From IMG/VR virus record IMGVR_UViG_3300038379_000354, positions 1-34,385 of that record: a stretch of 34,385 nt of DNA, one strand, 5' to 3'. Of the stretch, positions 1-9,110 are shown piece after piece (position 1 is the stretch's first letter; every line of letters starts with the position of its first letter). This DNA is from a virus. Its lineage: Duplodnaviria > Caudoviricetes. Under the pieces are notes generated by a model that saw only the letters and a program-made list of their open reading frames with translations, had not been told where the DNA came from and did no database searches. Made by a program: the position numbers and the translations under genes.

Positions 1-155
1 GCTCCACCCCTGACGGTGCCCCCATAGGCCCAAGATAGGGGGTGGGACAATGGGAGTAAAACGCGATCCCGGCCCGTGCTCTCGAGGCCCCTCGAGCCCA
101 GGCTCGCCCGATCGCCACTGTCCCACATACTCTTACCACAAGGTTTTTTTGACCC

Positions 156-527
156 ATGACGCACGAAGAGGCCCTCGAGCTCGCGCGAGAGGTGATCAAC
201 GGCAAGTCCCGCGGCTACGTGAGCGCGGCCATCGCGCTCTCGCATTACCTACTCGGTCGCGAGGGCGCGGGCAGCACGGCCCTGCCTCCAGCGCGCGCGT
301 CGATTCCGCCCACACCACCGCGCGCGTTCTTGGAGATCCCTCACGACCCCGTCCCGTCGTCGTGGCCCCCGCCTCCCGAAGAGGTGAGCTCCGGCCGCTT
401 GCCCACGCCACCGGCCCCGCGCACCTCGCCCATTCCTGAGTCGAGTGACAGCGAGTGCCCGCTAGCCAAGGTGCTGGAGGCGCAGGGAGATGTCGAAGTC
501 GGCGCGCGTGATAGGGTCAAAGTATGA
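156..527 (+). CDS. Hypothetical protein (Pro-rich) upstream of terminase large subunit
   Basis: 123-aa ORF whose TGA overlaps the terminase ATG (ATGA 524-527). Helical N-terminus, Pro-rich middle. No small-terminase motif recognised. Confidence 0.55.
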   Translation: MTHEEALELAREVINGKSRGYVSAAIALSHYLLGREGAGSTALPPARASIPPTPPRAFLEIPHDPVPSSWPPPPEEVSSGRLPTPPAPRTSPIPESSDSECPLAKVLEAQGDVEVGARDRVKV

Positions 528-2131
528 CCGCCGCCAACAACGCCACGCTCGAACGTCTGATGACTCTCGGGGTAGATCCCCTGAATCCGGGGGAGGGGAA
601 GAGGCTTGCCGTCCGGCACCGGCAGCTCCGCGCCCTCGTCGCAAGACACGACCCGAACGTGTTCTGTCGCTTCGTGCTGAAGGATGAGCGCACCGGCAAG
701 CCCATCTTGCAGGCCCCCATGCACAAGCGGTGGCACGAGCTCATGGGCGCGCACGATCGCCTCGTCATGTGGTCCCACGTCGAAGGGGGCAAGACCACGC
801 AGGTCGCCATCGGGCGGACCCTCTTCGAGCTCGGCGCGGACCCGAACCTCCGCGTCGCCATCGTCTCGAATACGAACGAGCTCGCGAAGAAGATGACGCG
901 CTTGATCGGGCAGTACATCGAGAAGAGCGCTGAGCTGCACGAGGTGTTCCCCGAGCTCGTCCCGACCAACGATCCGAATCTGCCGTGGAAGGCGAGCCAG
1001 CTCACGGTGCGCCGCGAGCACGCAGCCAAGGACCCAAGCGTGCAAGCGTGCGGCGTGCACGGCAACATCATCGGCTCTCGTATCGATCTCCTCATCCTCG
1101 ACGACATTCTCGACCACGAGAACACGCACACGCCCGGCCCCCGCGCCGACGTCATTCGCTGGATCAAGTCCTCGCTCTTCTCGCGCCTCACCGAAAAGGC
1201 CCGCGTGTGGATCGTGGGCAACGCGTGGCACCCCGAAGACGCCATGCACTTGCTCGAGAAGGAGGAGCGCTTCGTCGGCGTTCGCTTCCCCGTCGTCTCC
1301 GAGACCGGCGAGCTCACGTGGCCCGAGCGCTGGAGCAAGGAGCGTATCGATCTCGCGCGCCAAGACCTCGGCCCCCTCGAGCATGCGCGCCAGCTCATGT
1401 GCCAAGCGCGCGACGATTCGAGCGCGCGCTTCAAGCGCGAGTGGATCGACGTCGCAATCGAGAACGGGCGCGGCCTCGCCATGGTGCGCAACGCCGAAGA
1501 TCTCTGGGATGAGGAGGAGCTCAGCGAGGAGGAGCGCGAGGAGCGCGCCAAGGCCCGCGAGACCATCTGGAGGCTCACCGGCAAGGGCGCCTTCTTCACC
1601 GGCGTCGACTTGGCCGTCAGCAAGAGCGACAGCGCGGGCAGCACCGTGCTCTTCACGATCTACGTCGACGAGAAGAAGAGGCGTCGCGTGCTCGACGTTC
1701 GCGCTGGCAAGTGGAGTGGCCCGGAGATCGTGCAGCAGATCAAGCAGTGCTACGACGACTTCGGCTCCATCTTCATCATCGAGAACAACGCGATGCAGCA
1801 GATGGTCGTCGACATGATTCGCGACGAGAGCGATATCCCCGTCGTCCCCTTCACCACCGGCAAGAACAAGGCGCACTACGAGTTCGGCGTCGAGTCGCTC
1901 GCGGCGGAGATGGCTGGCGGCAAGTGGGTGATCCCCAACAAGGCCCCCACGGAGAAGGGCAAGCTCGCCACGCTCGACAAGGAGGTCAGCGAGTGGATCT
2001 CCGAGATGCTCTTCTACGACCCCAAGGAGCACACGGGCGACCGCCTCATGGCCTCGTGGTTTGCGCGGGAAGGCGCGCGGAAGTTCGTAGATCTGCGAGG
2101 CGGGCACAACGTCGGCGTCCGCGTCTTGTGA
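524..2131 (+). CDS. terL: Terminase large subunit
   Basis: Walker A-like HVEGGKTT, Walker B LLILDD, motif-III-like VGNAWHPED, nuclease TGVDLA, IIENN and C-terminal HTGDRLMASW. Located before the portal. Confidence 0.93.
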   Translation: MTAANNATLERLMTLGVDPLNPGEGKRLAVRHRQLRALVARHDPNVFCRFVLKDERTGKPILQAPMHKRWHELMGAHDRLVMWSHVEGGKTTQVAIGRTLFELGADPNLRVAIVSNTNELAKKMTRLIGQYIEKSAELHEVFPELVPTNDPNLPWKASQLTVRREHAAKDPSVQACGVHGNIIGSRIDLLILDDILDHENTHTPGPRADVIRWIKSSLFSRLTEKARVWIVGNAWHPEDAMHLLEKEERFVGVRFPVVSETGELTWPERWSKERIDLARQDLGPLEHARQLMCQARDDSSARFKREWIDVAIENGRGLAMVRNAEDLWDEEELSEEEREERAKARETIWRLTGKGAFFTGVDLAVSKSDSAGSTVLFTIYVDEKKRRRVLDVRAGKWSGPEIVQQIKQCYDDFGSIFIIENNAMQQMVVDMIRDESDIPVVPFTTGKNKAHYEFGVESLAAEMAGGKWVIPNKAPTEKGKLATLDKEVSEWISEMLFYDPKEHTGDRLMASWFAREGARKFVDLRGGHNVGVRVL

Positions 2132-2152
2132 GGCCCCGTCTCGCGGGGTAGG

Positions 2153-2389
2153 ATGCACCGCATGGCCACCGAGCTCCGCATCTTCAACGTCCCCCCGGTC
2201 ACGCCCGAGAACCAGCGCCCCGTTCCGACGCTGCATTCGGTCGTCTCGCTCGAGGAGGAGGGTGACGCGGCGAAGCGCGCTGCCAAGCTGAATCTCCGCG
2301 AGTCCGGCTTCACCGTGCGCTCGCTGAATTGGGGACCGACGCCGGCCGGCAAGTCCGAGCTCGTCGCTTACGTCACGAAGGGAGCCTGA
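2153..2389 (+). CDS. Hypothetical protein
   Basis: 78-aa ORF with typical codon usage filling the gap after the terminase. Start could be the second Met (2162). Confidence 0.6.
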   Translation: MHRMATELRIFNVPPVTPENQRPVPTLHSVVSLEEEGDAAKRAAKLNLRESGFTVRSLNWGPTPAGKSELVAYVTKGA

Positions 2390-2391
2390 TC

Positions 2392-2730
2392 ATGCGCCAC
2401 GACGTCCGAAAGCTCGAAGTCCCCGCCACCGGCAACCACGGAGCGGCCAAGGCCATCCAAGATCTCTCGAGCACCGCGGTCGCCATCGATGGGACGGGCG
2501 CCGCCGCGTTCTCGCTCGCGGTGCAGGTCAAGATCTCCGGCGCCGACGACGCGGCGAACGATGGCTGGCTCACGGTCGCCACCGGCATCATCGCAACGGC
2601 GATCGTCCCCCTCGCGGCGAGCGCGAACGGCGCGCCCTATCCCGCAACCCATGTGCGCCTCGTCTCTACGACGACAGGCAGCCCCGCGCCGAAGGCTGTC
2701 GTGGGCGGCTACAACGAGCGAACGACCTGA
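2392..2730 (+). CDS. Hypothetical beta-rich protein, possibly virion-associated
   Basis: ATG 2392 after GGGAG and the stop of the previous gene (track ORF 2329..2730 starts too early). Ala/Thr/Val-rich, 112 aa. Confidence 0.65.
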   Translation: MRHDVRKLEVPATGNHGAAKAIQDLSSTAVAIDGTGAAAFSLAVQVKISGADDAANDGWLTVATGIIATAIVPLAASANGAPYPATHVRLVSTTTGSPAPKAVVGGYNERTT

Positions 2731-2741
2731 GAGGCTGAGTC

Positions 2742-4952
2742 ATGCCGGACGATCTGCGCGAGAGCGCCGCCACGATGCACGAGGTGCGCGAGGGTCTCTT
2801 GAAGGCCACCGTCATCGCGGCACGCGAGAAAACGCACGTCGTCCCGTACCAGGACGAGCAGGATTCCCGCTTCGAGGGCGTGGGCGCTATCATCCCGCCC
2901 TACGACCCGACGACGCTTCTGCTCTTGCTCGAGCACTCGAATGCGCTGCGCCAGTGCATCGACGCGTACGTCACGAACATCGACGCCTTCGGCCACACGT
3001 TCGAGCCGATCATCGACGTCGCCGCGGCCGATGCCGACGACCGCCTCGCGAGCTACATCGTCGCGCGCCGAATCGCGCGGATGCCCGAGACCGTGGCCGA
3101 CCCCGCGAAGCAGGTTCCTCAACCCACGGTTGAGGAGCTTGCAGCGGCGAAGCTCGAGCTGGCCGAGCGCATGCGCGCCGAGCGCATGAAGGTGCAGCAC
3201 TTCTTCGACTTCGCGTGCCTCGACTACTCGTTCGTCACGCTTCGCCGGCGCACGCGGCAAGACCTCGAGCTCCTCGGCAACGCCTACTGGGAGGTCCTCC
3301 GCAACGACGGCGGCCAAGTCGCCGGCTTCGAGTACGTCCCTTCGTTCACCGTGCGCCACATGAAAGCCGACACCCACGCGACGTGCGTGTCGATCAAGGT
3401 GAAGGAGAACGAGTTCGACTACGGGGAGATCAAGTCGAAGCGATACTTCCGCCGCTTCGTGCAGATCTTCGAGACGCGCGTGGTGTGGTTCAAGGAATTC
3501 GGAGACCCGCGCTTCATCAGCGCGACGACGGGCGCCGTCTTCAACACGCGCGAGGACTGGGATCGCTACTGCCGCGAGCACAACGGCGCGGACGTCCTCG
3601 CGACCGAGATGATCCACTTCCGCGTGCACACGCCGAAGAGCAGCTACGGCGTGCCCCGCTGGATCGGCACCATCCTTAGCGTGCTCGGCTCGAGGCAGGC
3701 AGAGGAGGTGAACCTCACCTACTTCGAGAACAAGAGCGTGCCCCCCCTCGCCATCCTCGTGCAAGGCGGGAGGATGTCGAACGAATCGATCGATCGCGTG
3801 AAGGACTTCATCGAGAACGAGATCAAGGGGAAGAAAAACTTCCACAAGATTCTTGTGCTGGAGGCCGAGGGGCAAGCGGGCGGCGGCGGCTTCGACCAAG
3901 GCCGCATGAAGATCGACTTGAAGCCGCTCACCGCGGCGCAGCACAACGATGCGCTTTTCCAGAACTACGACGAGCGCAACATCGACAAGGTGGGCCAGGC
4001 CTTCCGCCTTCCGCGAATGCTCCGCGGTGATATCCGCGACTTCAACCGCGCCACTGCCGAGGCGGCTCTCCAGTTCGCGGAGAGTCAGGTCTTCGGCCCC
4101 GAGCGCGACGAGTTCGACTTCACCATCAACCGGAAGATCTTGCCGGTGCTGGGCATCCGGTTCTGGCGGTTCAAGAGCCACACGGTCAGCGCGACGAACC
4201 CGCAGGACCTCACCGCGATGATCGAAAAGCTCTCTGTCGTCGGCGTCCTCACGCCTGCCGAGGGACGCGAGCTCGCGGAGAAGGTCTTCAACCGCGAGCT
4301 GCGGAAGATCAACGAGTCTTGGGTTCGCCAGCCCCTCGAGCTCACGAAGGCCGGTATCGTTCCGCCCGAGGACAAGGACATCAGCGACGCGGCGGCTGCC
4401 GCGCTCACGCCTGGCGCGCCCACGGGGGGCACGCCTCTCGGCGGCGCGGCGATGTCCACGCCGACCGCCCCCGCGGGCGGGGGGGTCGTGCTCACGGGGA
4501 CGGACGCGGCCTCGGTCATCACGGTCAACGAGGCGCGGCAGAGCATGGGCCTCGGGCCGCTTCAGAAGCCCGCGGACAAGGGCGGTGGCGCGGACCCGGA
4601 CGGCTTCCTCACGGTCGCCGAGTTCAAGGCGCTCCGCATGTCGCTCGGCCAGACGCAGGGTGCGGCCGAGGGGCAAGAGGCAGCCGGAGCCACGCCGGTC
4701 GAGAACGCCGACATGACGACCGGCGACCTCGCCTCGGAAGGTGGCCTCGCCATCGGGGGGCAGCGGCGGCGTTTTCGGCGCCAGCCCCCGACCACGAAGA
4801 GCGAGATCTTGTCTCTCGCGGCGGACCTGATGACGCTGCGGAAGACCATGAGCGAGCTCGAGGTGGCGGAGATCGAACGCCAGTTCACCGAAGCGCTCCG
4901 CCAGCAGAAGGCGGCCGAGGACCCCGAGAACGGCGGCCCCATCGAGGGCTAG
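2742..4952 (+). CDS. Portal protein (PBSX/HK97-like) with long C-terminal extension
   Basis: Portal motifs DLELLGNAYWEVLRN, EMIHFR..SYGVPRW, YFENKSVP, AFRLPRMLRG...NRATAE and VLTPAEGRE. Position after the terminase. Confidence 0.92.
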   Translation: MPDDLRESAATMHEVREGLLKATVIAAREKTHVVPYQDEQDSRFEGVGAIIPPYDPTTLLLLLEHSNALRQCIDAYVTNIDAFGHTFEPIIDVAAADADDRLASYIVARRIARMPETVADPAKQVPQPTVEELAAAKLELAERMRAERMKVQHFFDFACLDYSFVTLRRRTRQDLELLGNAYWEVLRNDGGQVAGFEYVPSFTVRHMKADTHATCVSIKVKENEFDYGEIKSKRYFRRFVQIFETRVVWFKEFGDPRFISATTGAVFNTREDWDRYCREHNGADVLATEMIHFRVHTPKSSYGVPRWIGTILSVLGSRQAEEVNLTYFENKSVPPLAILVQGGRMSNESIDRVKDFIENEIKGKKNFHKILVLEAEGQAGGGGFDQGRMKIDLKPLTAAQHNDALFQNYDERNIDKVGQAFRLPRMLRGDIRDFNRATAEAALQFAESQVFGPERDEFDFTINRKILPVLGIRFWRFKSHTVSATNPQDLTAMIEKLSVVGVLTPAEGRELAEKVFNRELRKINESWVRQPLELTKAGIVPPEDKDISDAAAAALTPGAPTGGTPLGGAAMSTPTAPAGGGVVLTGTDAASVITVNEARQSMGLGPLQKPADKGGGADPDGFLTVAEFKALRMSLGQTQGAAEGQEAAGATPVENADMTTGDLASEGGLAIGGQRRRFRRQPPTTKSEILSLAADLMTLRKTMSELEVAEIERQFTEALRQQKAAEDPENGGPIEG

Positions 4953-4953
4953 C

Positions 4954-7900
4954 ATGTTCGCTGCGACCCTCGATTGGTTCATCGAGGACGTCTTCCGGCT
5001 TCCCGTCCAGAAGGCGCTCGATCCGAACGACCCTCACGACTTCGCGATCATCACCGCGCAGCTCGCGAAGGCGACGAAGGGGCTTGCCCAGCCCGAGGAG
5101 GCGAAGGCGTTGAAGCAGGCGCTCGCCATGCTCGACGTCGATTGGAAGAACATGAGCGGCGACGCGAAGGCCAAGGTGGTGCAAGCCGCCAAGGCCGCGG
5201 TCAACCCGGTGAAGACCGTGCTGCCCAAGGTCGAGGACAAGTTCGAGGCTGACGCCGCGAAGCTCGGCATGCAGACGAAGGCGTCGAACAAAAAGACCTT
5301 CGGCTTCGCGATCGGCGTGAGCCTGACGGACGTGCAGCAGAAGTCCCTCCAAGCCATTGCCTTCTCGCAGGGCAACTACGTGCGCGACGAGTACGGGAAG
5401 CGATCAGACGCCTTCGGCTTGAAGGCGAAGCAGATCGTGGCCGAGGAAGTGGCCAAAGGGAGCACGCAGAAAGAGATCTCCAAGAGGCTGAACGTCGAGC
5501 TCACCGCGCAGCAGTTCAACCGCTCGCAGTCCTACTGGGACATCATCGCCGGGGCATTCGCGAATCGCGCAAGGACCTACACGAACCTCTCGTCGTATCA
5601 GGAGGTCGGCATCCAACGCTTTCGCTTCGAGTCGGTGCGCGACCAGCGGACCTCGCAGATCTGCCGCTTCATGCACGGCCGCGAGTTCCCCGTCGAGTCG
5701 GCGTTGAAGGCTTACGCGCGGTCCGAGGCCAAGGGCGGCGACGTGAAAGAGGAGCAGCCGTGGGCCGGTCAGGCGAACGACGCTGACGGCAACCCGGTCA
5801 TCTACGTCAACAGCGGCGGCTCGCGCGTGCCGCTCGCCACGGTAACCGAGTCCGCAGCGGGCAAGGTCGACGAATCGGGGAAGTTCTCGGGTGGCGCCTC
5901 CAACGCGCAGCTCGAGAAGCTCGGAGTGATGACGCCACCGTTGCACGGGCACTGCCGCAGCACGATCGTGCCGGCCGGGACCTCGACGGTGGCGGTGCCC
6001 ACCGCGCCGCCCTTGTTCCAGCTCACGCCCCCCACCGCAGCACCGCCCCCGCCCACGGCTGCCCCACCTCCGCCACCGGCTGCACCGGCTGAGCAGACGG
6101 GCCTTCCCTTTGGCCCTGGCGGGATCTCGAACGTGCCCGCCATGCTCTTCCCCGAGCAGCAAGGCTTCGCGTTCGGTCCTGGCGGGATCTCGATGAAGCC
6201 CATCGCGGTGCCGACGCTCGATCCCGCGGCGCCTCCGGTGAAGGCCTATGTTCCGCTGCATGAGAAAAAGGACGCGGCGCTCGAGAAGCTCGCCGCGCTG
6301 AAGCCGAACGCGAACGGCCTCGTGCCAACGCCGATGACGGTCAAGCAGAACGACAAGTTCGACAAGGCGAAGGACCAGATCGTCGAAGCGTTCGCGGACG
6401 GCTACGGCAAGAAGACGCCGCCGAAGTTCATCTCGGGCATGAAGGCGACGAAAGCCAAGGTCGACCCCGCCAAGGTCGAGGAGTTCATCAAGAACCCCAA
6501 GCTCCTCATCAAAGAGGAGATCCAGCTCGTCAAGATCGGCAAGGAGCTCTACGTCGTGCACGGGCACGAGGCACTCGCTGCGGCGCACTTACTCGACAAG
6601 TGGAAGATGCCCGCGAAGGAGATCAGCCTCAAAGAATTCGAGGCCTTCATGGCAGAGAAGGCGAAGGCCGCTGCCGCGAAGCCCGCTGCGCCGCCCATTC
6701 CGCCGAAGCCTGTCCCTACACCGACACCGTTGCCGCCCCCGCCGCCCACGCCGCTCAAGCAGGCGATCGATCCCGCAGCGATCATGCATGAGAAGACGAA
6801 CCGGCCGGGCGGTGGCTCGAATCAGGGCGCGTTCTATCGGGGCAAGGACGGCGTGGAGCGCTTCGTGAAGCTCTATCAGGACCCCGGCCAAGCGCACGGA
6901 GAAGTCCTCGCCAATTCGCTCTACAAGGCGCTCGGCTTCGAGTCCCCGGAAGCGGTCACGTGGAAGGACGTAAGCGGCAAACAGGGCTACGCGTCCACGC
7001 TCGTCGAGGGCAAGCAGCTCGGCTCGGGCGCGACCAAGGCGCAGGCGCGCGAGTTCTTCAAGGGCTTCGCCGCTGACGTCCTCTCCGCCAACTGGGACGC
7101 CGCGGGGCAGAGCGTCGACAACGCCTTCCTCACGAAGGGCGGGAAGGTCGTCCGTATCGACAACGGCGGTGCGTTCCTCATGCGCGCGCAGGGCGGTCGC
7201 AAGCCTGCCGCTGTCCTCAACTCGGTCAGCGAGCTCGACTACTTCTTCCCAGGCTCGGGCAAGTCGAACCCCGGCTACCACGCGCTCGCGAAGGCTGCCG
7301 GCTACAACTCCGTCGAGGACTTCAAGGACGAGTTCAAAGGGCAGGTCGCGAAGATCTCTCAGGTGCGCCAGCAGTACGGGGGCTGGAGCAACTTCGTCGC
7401 GCAGTATGCGCCAGGCCTCGCCGACCCTGATCGCGCGCAGGTCGTCAAGATGCTCGAGGAGCGCAACCGGCTGCTCGAGAAAAAGGTCGCCGAGCTCTAC
7501 GCGCCCGCGCCGCCCCCGCCTACGCCCGGCAGCATCGAGGGCAAGCGCCTACCGTCGATCAATGGCGCGAAGCCGAGCGACAAGCTACGCCTCGCCGACC
7601 TCCCCGAGACCCCGCGCCCCAAGGACGCGCCCGTTGGAAAGATGCCGTGGGGCGAGGACCGCGCGGCGTACCGCAAGCGTATGGAGGCTTCGCTAGCGAA
7701 GATCTCCGAGACGAACAAGTCCGGTGTCGTCGCGTTCACCGGCAGCTCCTACGGCGCGATTCGCGAGTCCGAGATGCGTGGCACTCCCGACGCGAACGCG
7801 CAGAAGATCAAGCGCGCCTTCCAGCAGGGTACGGCCGAGGCGTGCACCGTCATGCGCGCAATTCAAGTGCCCGAGAGCGTCGCCGAAGGCATGATTCGCA

Positions 7901-8184
7901 ACGGCGGCGTCTTTCGCCTCGGGCAAGGCAACAAGGGGGCGACGGCGTCGACGACTTGGGATCCGGCCGTGGGCATGGAGTGGGCAGGCGGCACGTACGA
8001 TGGCGGCGACGTCAAGATCAAGTTCATGATTCACCAGAAGTCGGGGCTGCCCATCGAGGCGATCTCCCGCTTCCGCCATGAGCACGAGATCCTCCTGCAC
8101 GCCGACGCCGAATTCCGCGTTGTCGGTTCGGCCCGGCTTCAGGGAAAGAAACGGGTCATCATCATCGAGCTCGAGGAGATCTGA
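4954..8184 (+). CDS. MuF (SPP1 gp7-like) minor head protein fused to a ParB-like segment, a HipA/PI-kinase-like domain and a C-terminal ADP-ribosyltransferase
   Basis: MuF motifs D-x-RTSQICRFMHG and PPLHGHCRSTIVP (5935-5973). YVVHGHEALAAA (ParB/Srx-like). Kinase-like GGSNQG, FVK, EVLA, NWD...DN, RIDNGG. ART-like FTGSSY..IR, VMRAI, ASTT, EHEILL. Directly after the portal. Confidence 0.85.
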   Translation: MFAATLDWFIEDVFRLPVQKALDPNDPHDFAIITAQLAKATKGLAQPEEAKALKQALAMLDVDWKNMSGDAKAKVVQAAKAAVNPVKTVLPKVEDKFEADAAKLGMQTKASNKKTFGFAIGVSLTDVQQKSLQAIAFSQGNYVRDEYGKRSDAFGLKAKQIVAEEVAKGSTQKEISKRLNVELTAQQFNRSQSYWDIIAGAFANRARTYTNLSSYQEVGIQRFRFESVRDQRTSQICRFMHGREFPVESALKAYARSEAKGGDVKEEQPWAGQANDADGNPVIYVNSGGSRVPLATVTESAAGKVDESGKFSGGASNAQLEKLGVMTPPLHGHCRSTIVPAGTSTVAVPTAPPLFQLTPPTAAPPPPTAAPPPPPAAPAEQTGLPFGPGGISNVPAMLFPEQQGFAFGPGGISMKPIAVPTLDPAAPPVKAYVPLHEKKDAALEKLAALKPNANGLVPTPMTVKQNDKFDKAKDQIVEAFADGYGKKTPPKFISGMKATKAKVDPAKVEEFIKNPKLLIKEEIQLVKIGKELYVVHGHEALAAAHLLDKWKMPAKEISLKEFEAFMAEKAKAAAAKPAAPPIPPKPVPTPTPLPPPPPTPLKQAIDPAAIMHEKTNRPGGGSNQGAFYRGKDGVERFVKLYQDPGQAHGEVLANSLYKALGFESPEAVTWKDVSGKQGYASTLVEGKQLGSGATKAQAREFFKGFAADVLSANWDAAGQSVDNAFLTKGGKVVRIDNGGAFLMRAQGGRKPAAVLNSVSELDYFFPGSGKSNPGYHALAKAAGYNSVEDFKDEFKGQVAKISQVRQQYGGWSNFVAQYAPGLADPDRAQVVKMLEERNRLLEKKVAELYAPAPPPPTPGSIEGKRLPSINGAKPSDKLRLADLPETPRPKDAPVGKMPWGEDRAAYRKRMEASLAKISETNKSGVVAFTGSSYGAIRESEMRGTPDANAQKIKRAFQQGTAEACTVMRAIQVPESVAEGMIRNGGVFRLGQGNKGATASTTWDPAVGMEWAGGTYDGGDVKIKFMIHQKSGLPIEAISRFRHEHEILLHADAEFRVVGSARLQGKKRVIIIELEEI
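6091..6193 (+). repeat. Imperfect duplication in the MuF linker (EQTGLPFGPGGIS / EQQGFAFGPGGIS)
   Basis: Two copies 63 nt apart sharing cctggcgggatctcga, within a Pro/Ala-rich linker. Confidence 0.75.
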
Positions 8185-8223
8185 GAAAAAAACTCAGCGC
8201 GCCGCACAAGCTAAGGAATAGAG

Positions 8224-8682
8224 ATGCCCCGATACCCCGCCAACTATGCCCAGGACCTCGATGCGGAGACGCTGAAGCGCTTGCCGAAGTTCGCCACGTA
8301 CGAGGGCGATGCACCCGATCTGAAACACCTGCGCGGCCTCGTGCTCGAGACCGCGACGGTGGAGCAGCTCGTGTATCCAGGCGAACGCGACAACGTCTTC
8401 GTCGAGGACGAGGACGGCACGCGACACCGTCCGTGGCGCTTCGTGGAGATCGTGGAGCTGGACGCGAATGGGAGCCCGGTCATCCCCCCGGTCGAGCCCA
8501 TTCCCGAGCGTGGGCCGGACGCCATGAGCAGCGGTGACCTCGGCGCCCTCGGAATGACGGACCAGGACCTCATCGACCTCGCGAAAAGCGAGCTGGGAGA
8601 GGTCTACGAGCCTGACCGGCCGGGGCCAAGTGACCTCCGGCGCTCGATCTATAACCGGGTGATGGCAGCGATTCACGGCTAG
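8224..8682 (+). CDS. Acidic hypothetical protein, candidate immunity/partner of the MuF toxin domain
   Basis: 152-aa ORF with AAGGA RBS directly downstream of the MuF-ART gene. Function inferred only from position. Confidence 0.7.
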   Translation: MPRYPANYAQDLDAETLKRLPKFATYEGDAPDLKHLRGLVLETATVEQLVYPGERDNVFVEDEDGTRHRPWRFVEIVELDANGSPVIPPVEPIPERGPDAMSSGDLGALGMTDQDLIDLAKSELGEVYEPDRPGPSDLRRSIYNRVMAAIHG

Positions 8683-8713
8683 ACCTCGACAGAGCTAGGT
8701 CACGCGAGCTAGA

Positions 8714-9055
8714 TTGCCTCGTGTGGAACCTGGCGTGTTCGCTTCCCTCGTAACCGAGGACAAGGTCGGGAAGGTCGCTCTCGGAATCGAGGCGGCCGTC
8801 GCTCAGTCGTTCATCGATGATATGCAGCCGGGGCGAGTCATCATCGTCCACGGCGGCAATCGCATCACGCAGGCCGAGATCAAGCGGCGCGGCGAGATGT
8901 GCATCAAGATCTTCCGCATGCTTCGGGGCGACCTGAAGTGGACGATCGAGCGGATTCTCGACCACCTCCCGCAGTATCTCCGCAAGGAGCTCGACGGCCT
9001 TACGTGGGAGCCGGAGGCGCGCCGCGCTTCCTGGTACGGACCCGCTCGTCCTTGA
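8714..9055 (+). CDS. Hypothetical protein
   Basis: 113-aa ORF (TTG start, uncertain) with typical codon usage and an amphipathic helical C-half. Confidence 0.6.
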   Translation: MPRVEPGVFASLVTEDKVGKVALGIEAAVAQSFIDDMQPGRVIIVHGGNRITQAEIKRRGEMCIKIFRMLRGDLKWTIERILDHLPQYLRKELDGLTWEPEARRASWYGPARP

Positions 9056-9110
9056 CCTGGACAGCGCACGCGCATTCGAGATAGACACTCGCCCCTCTGG
9101 AGAAGATGCC

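Noticed and set aside
156-527. ORF as the terminase small subunit
   Set aside because: The position fits, but no HTH or oligomerisation pattern is recognisable and much of it is Pro-rich low complexity, so it is left as hypothetical.
1490-1580. Acidic insertion in the terminase as a possible intein or intron
   Set aside because: It is short, in frame, and has no Cys/Ser...His-Asn splice motifs. It looks like a charged helical linker.
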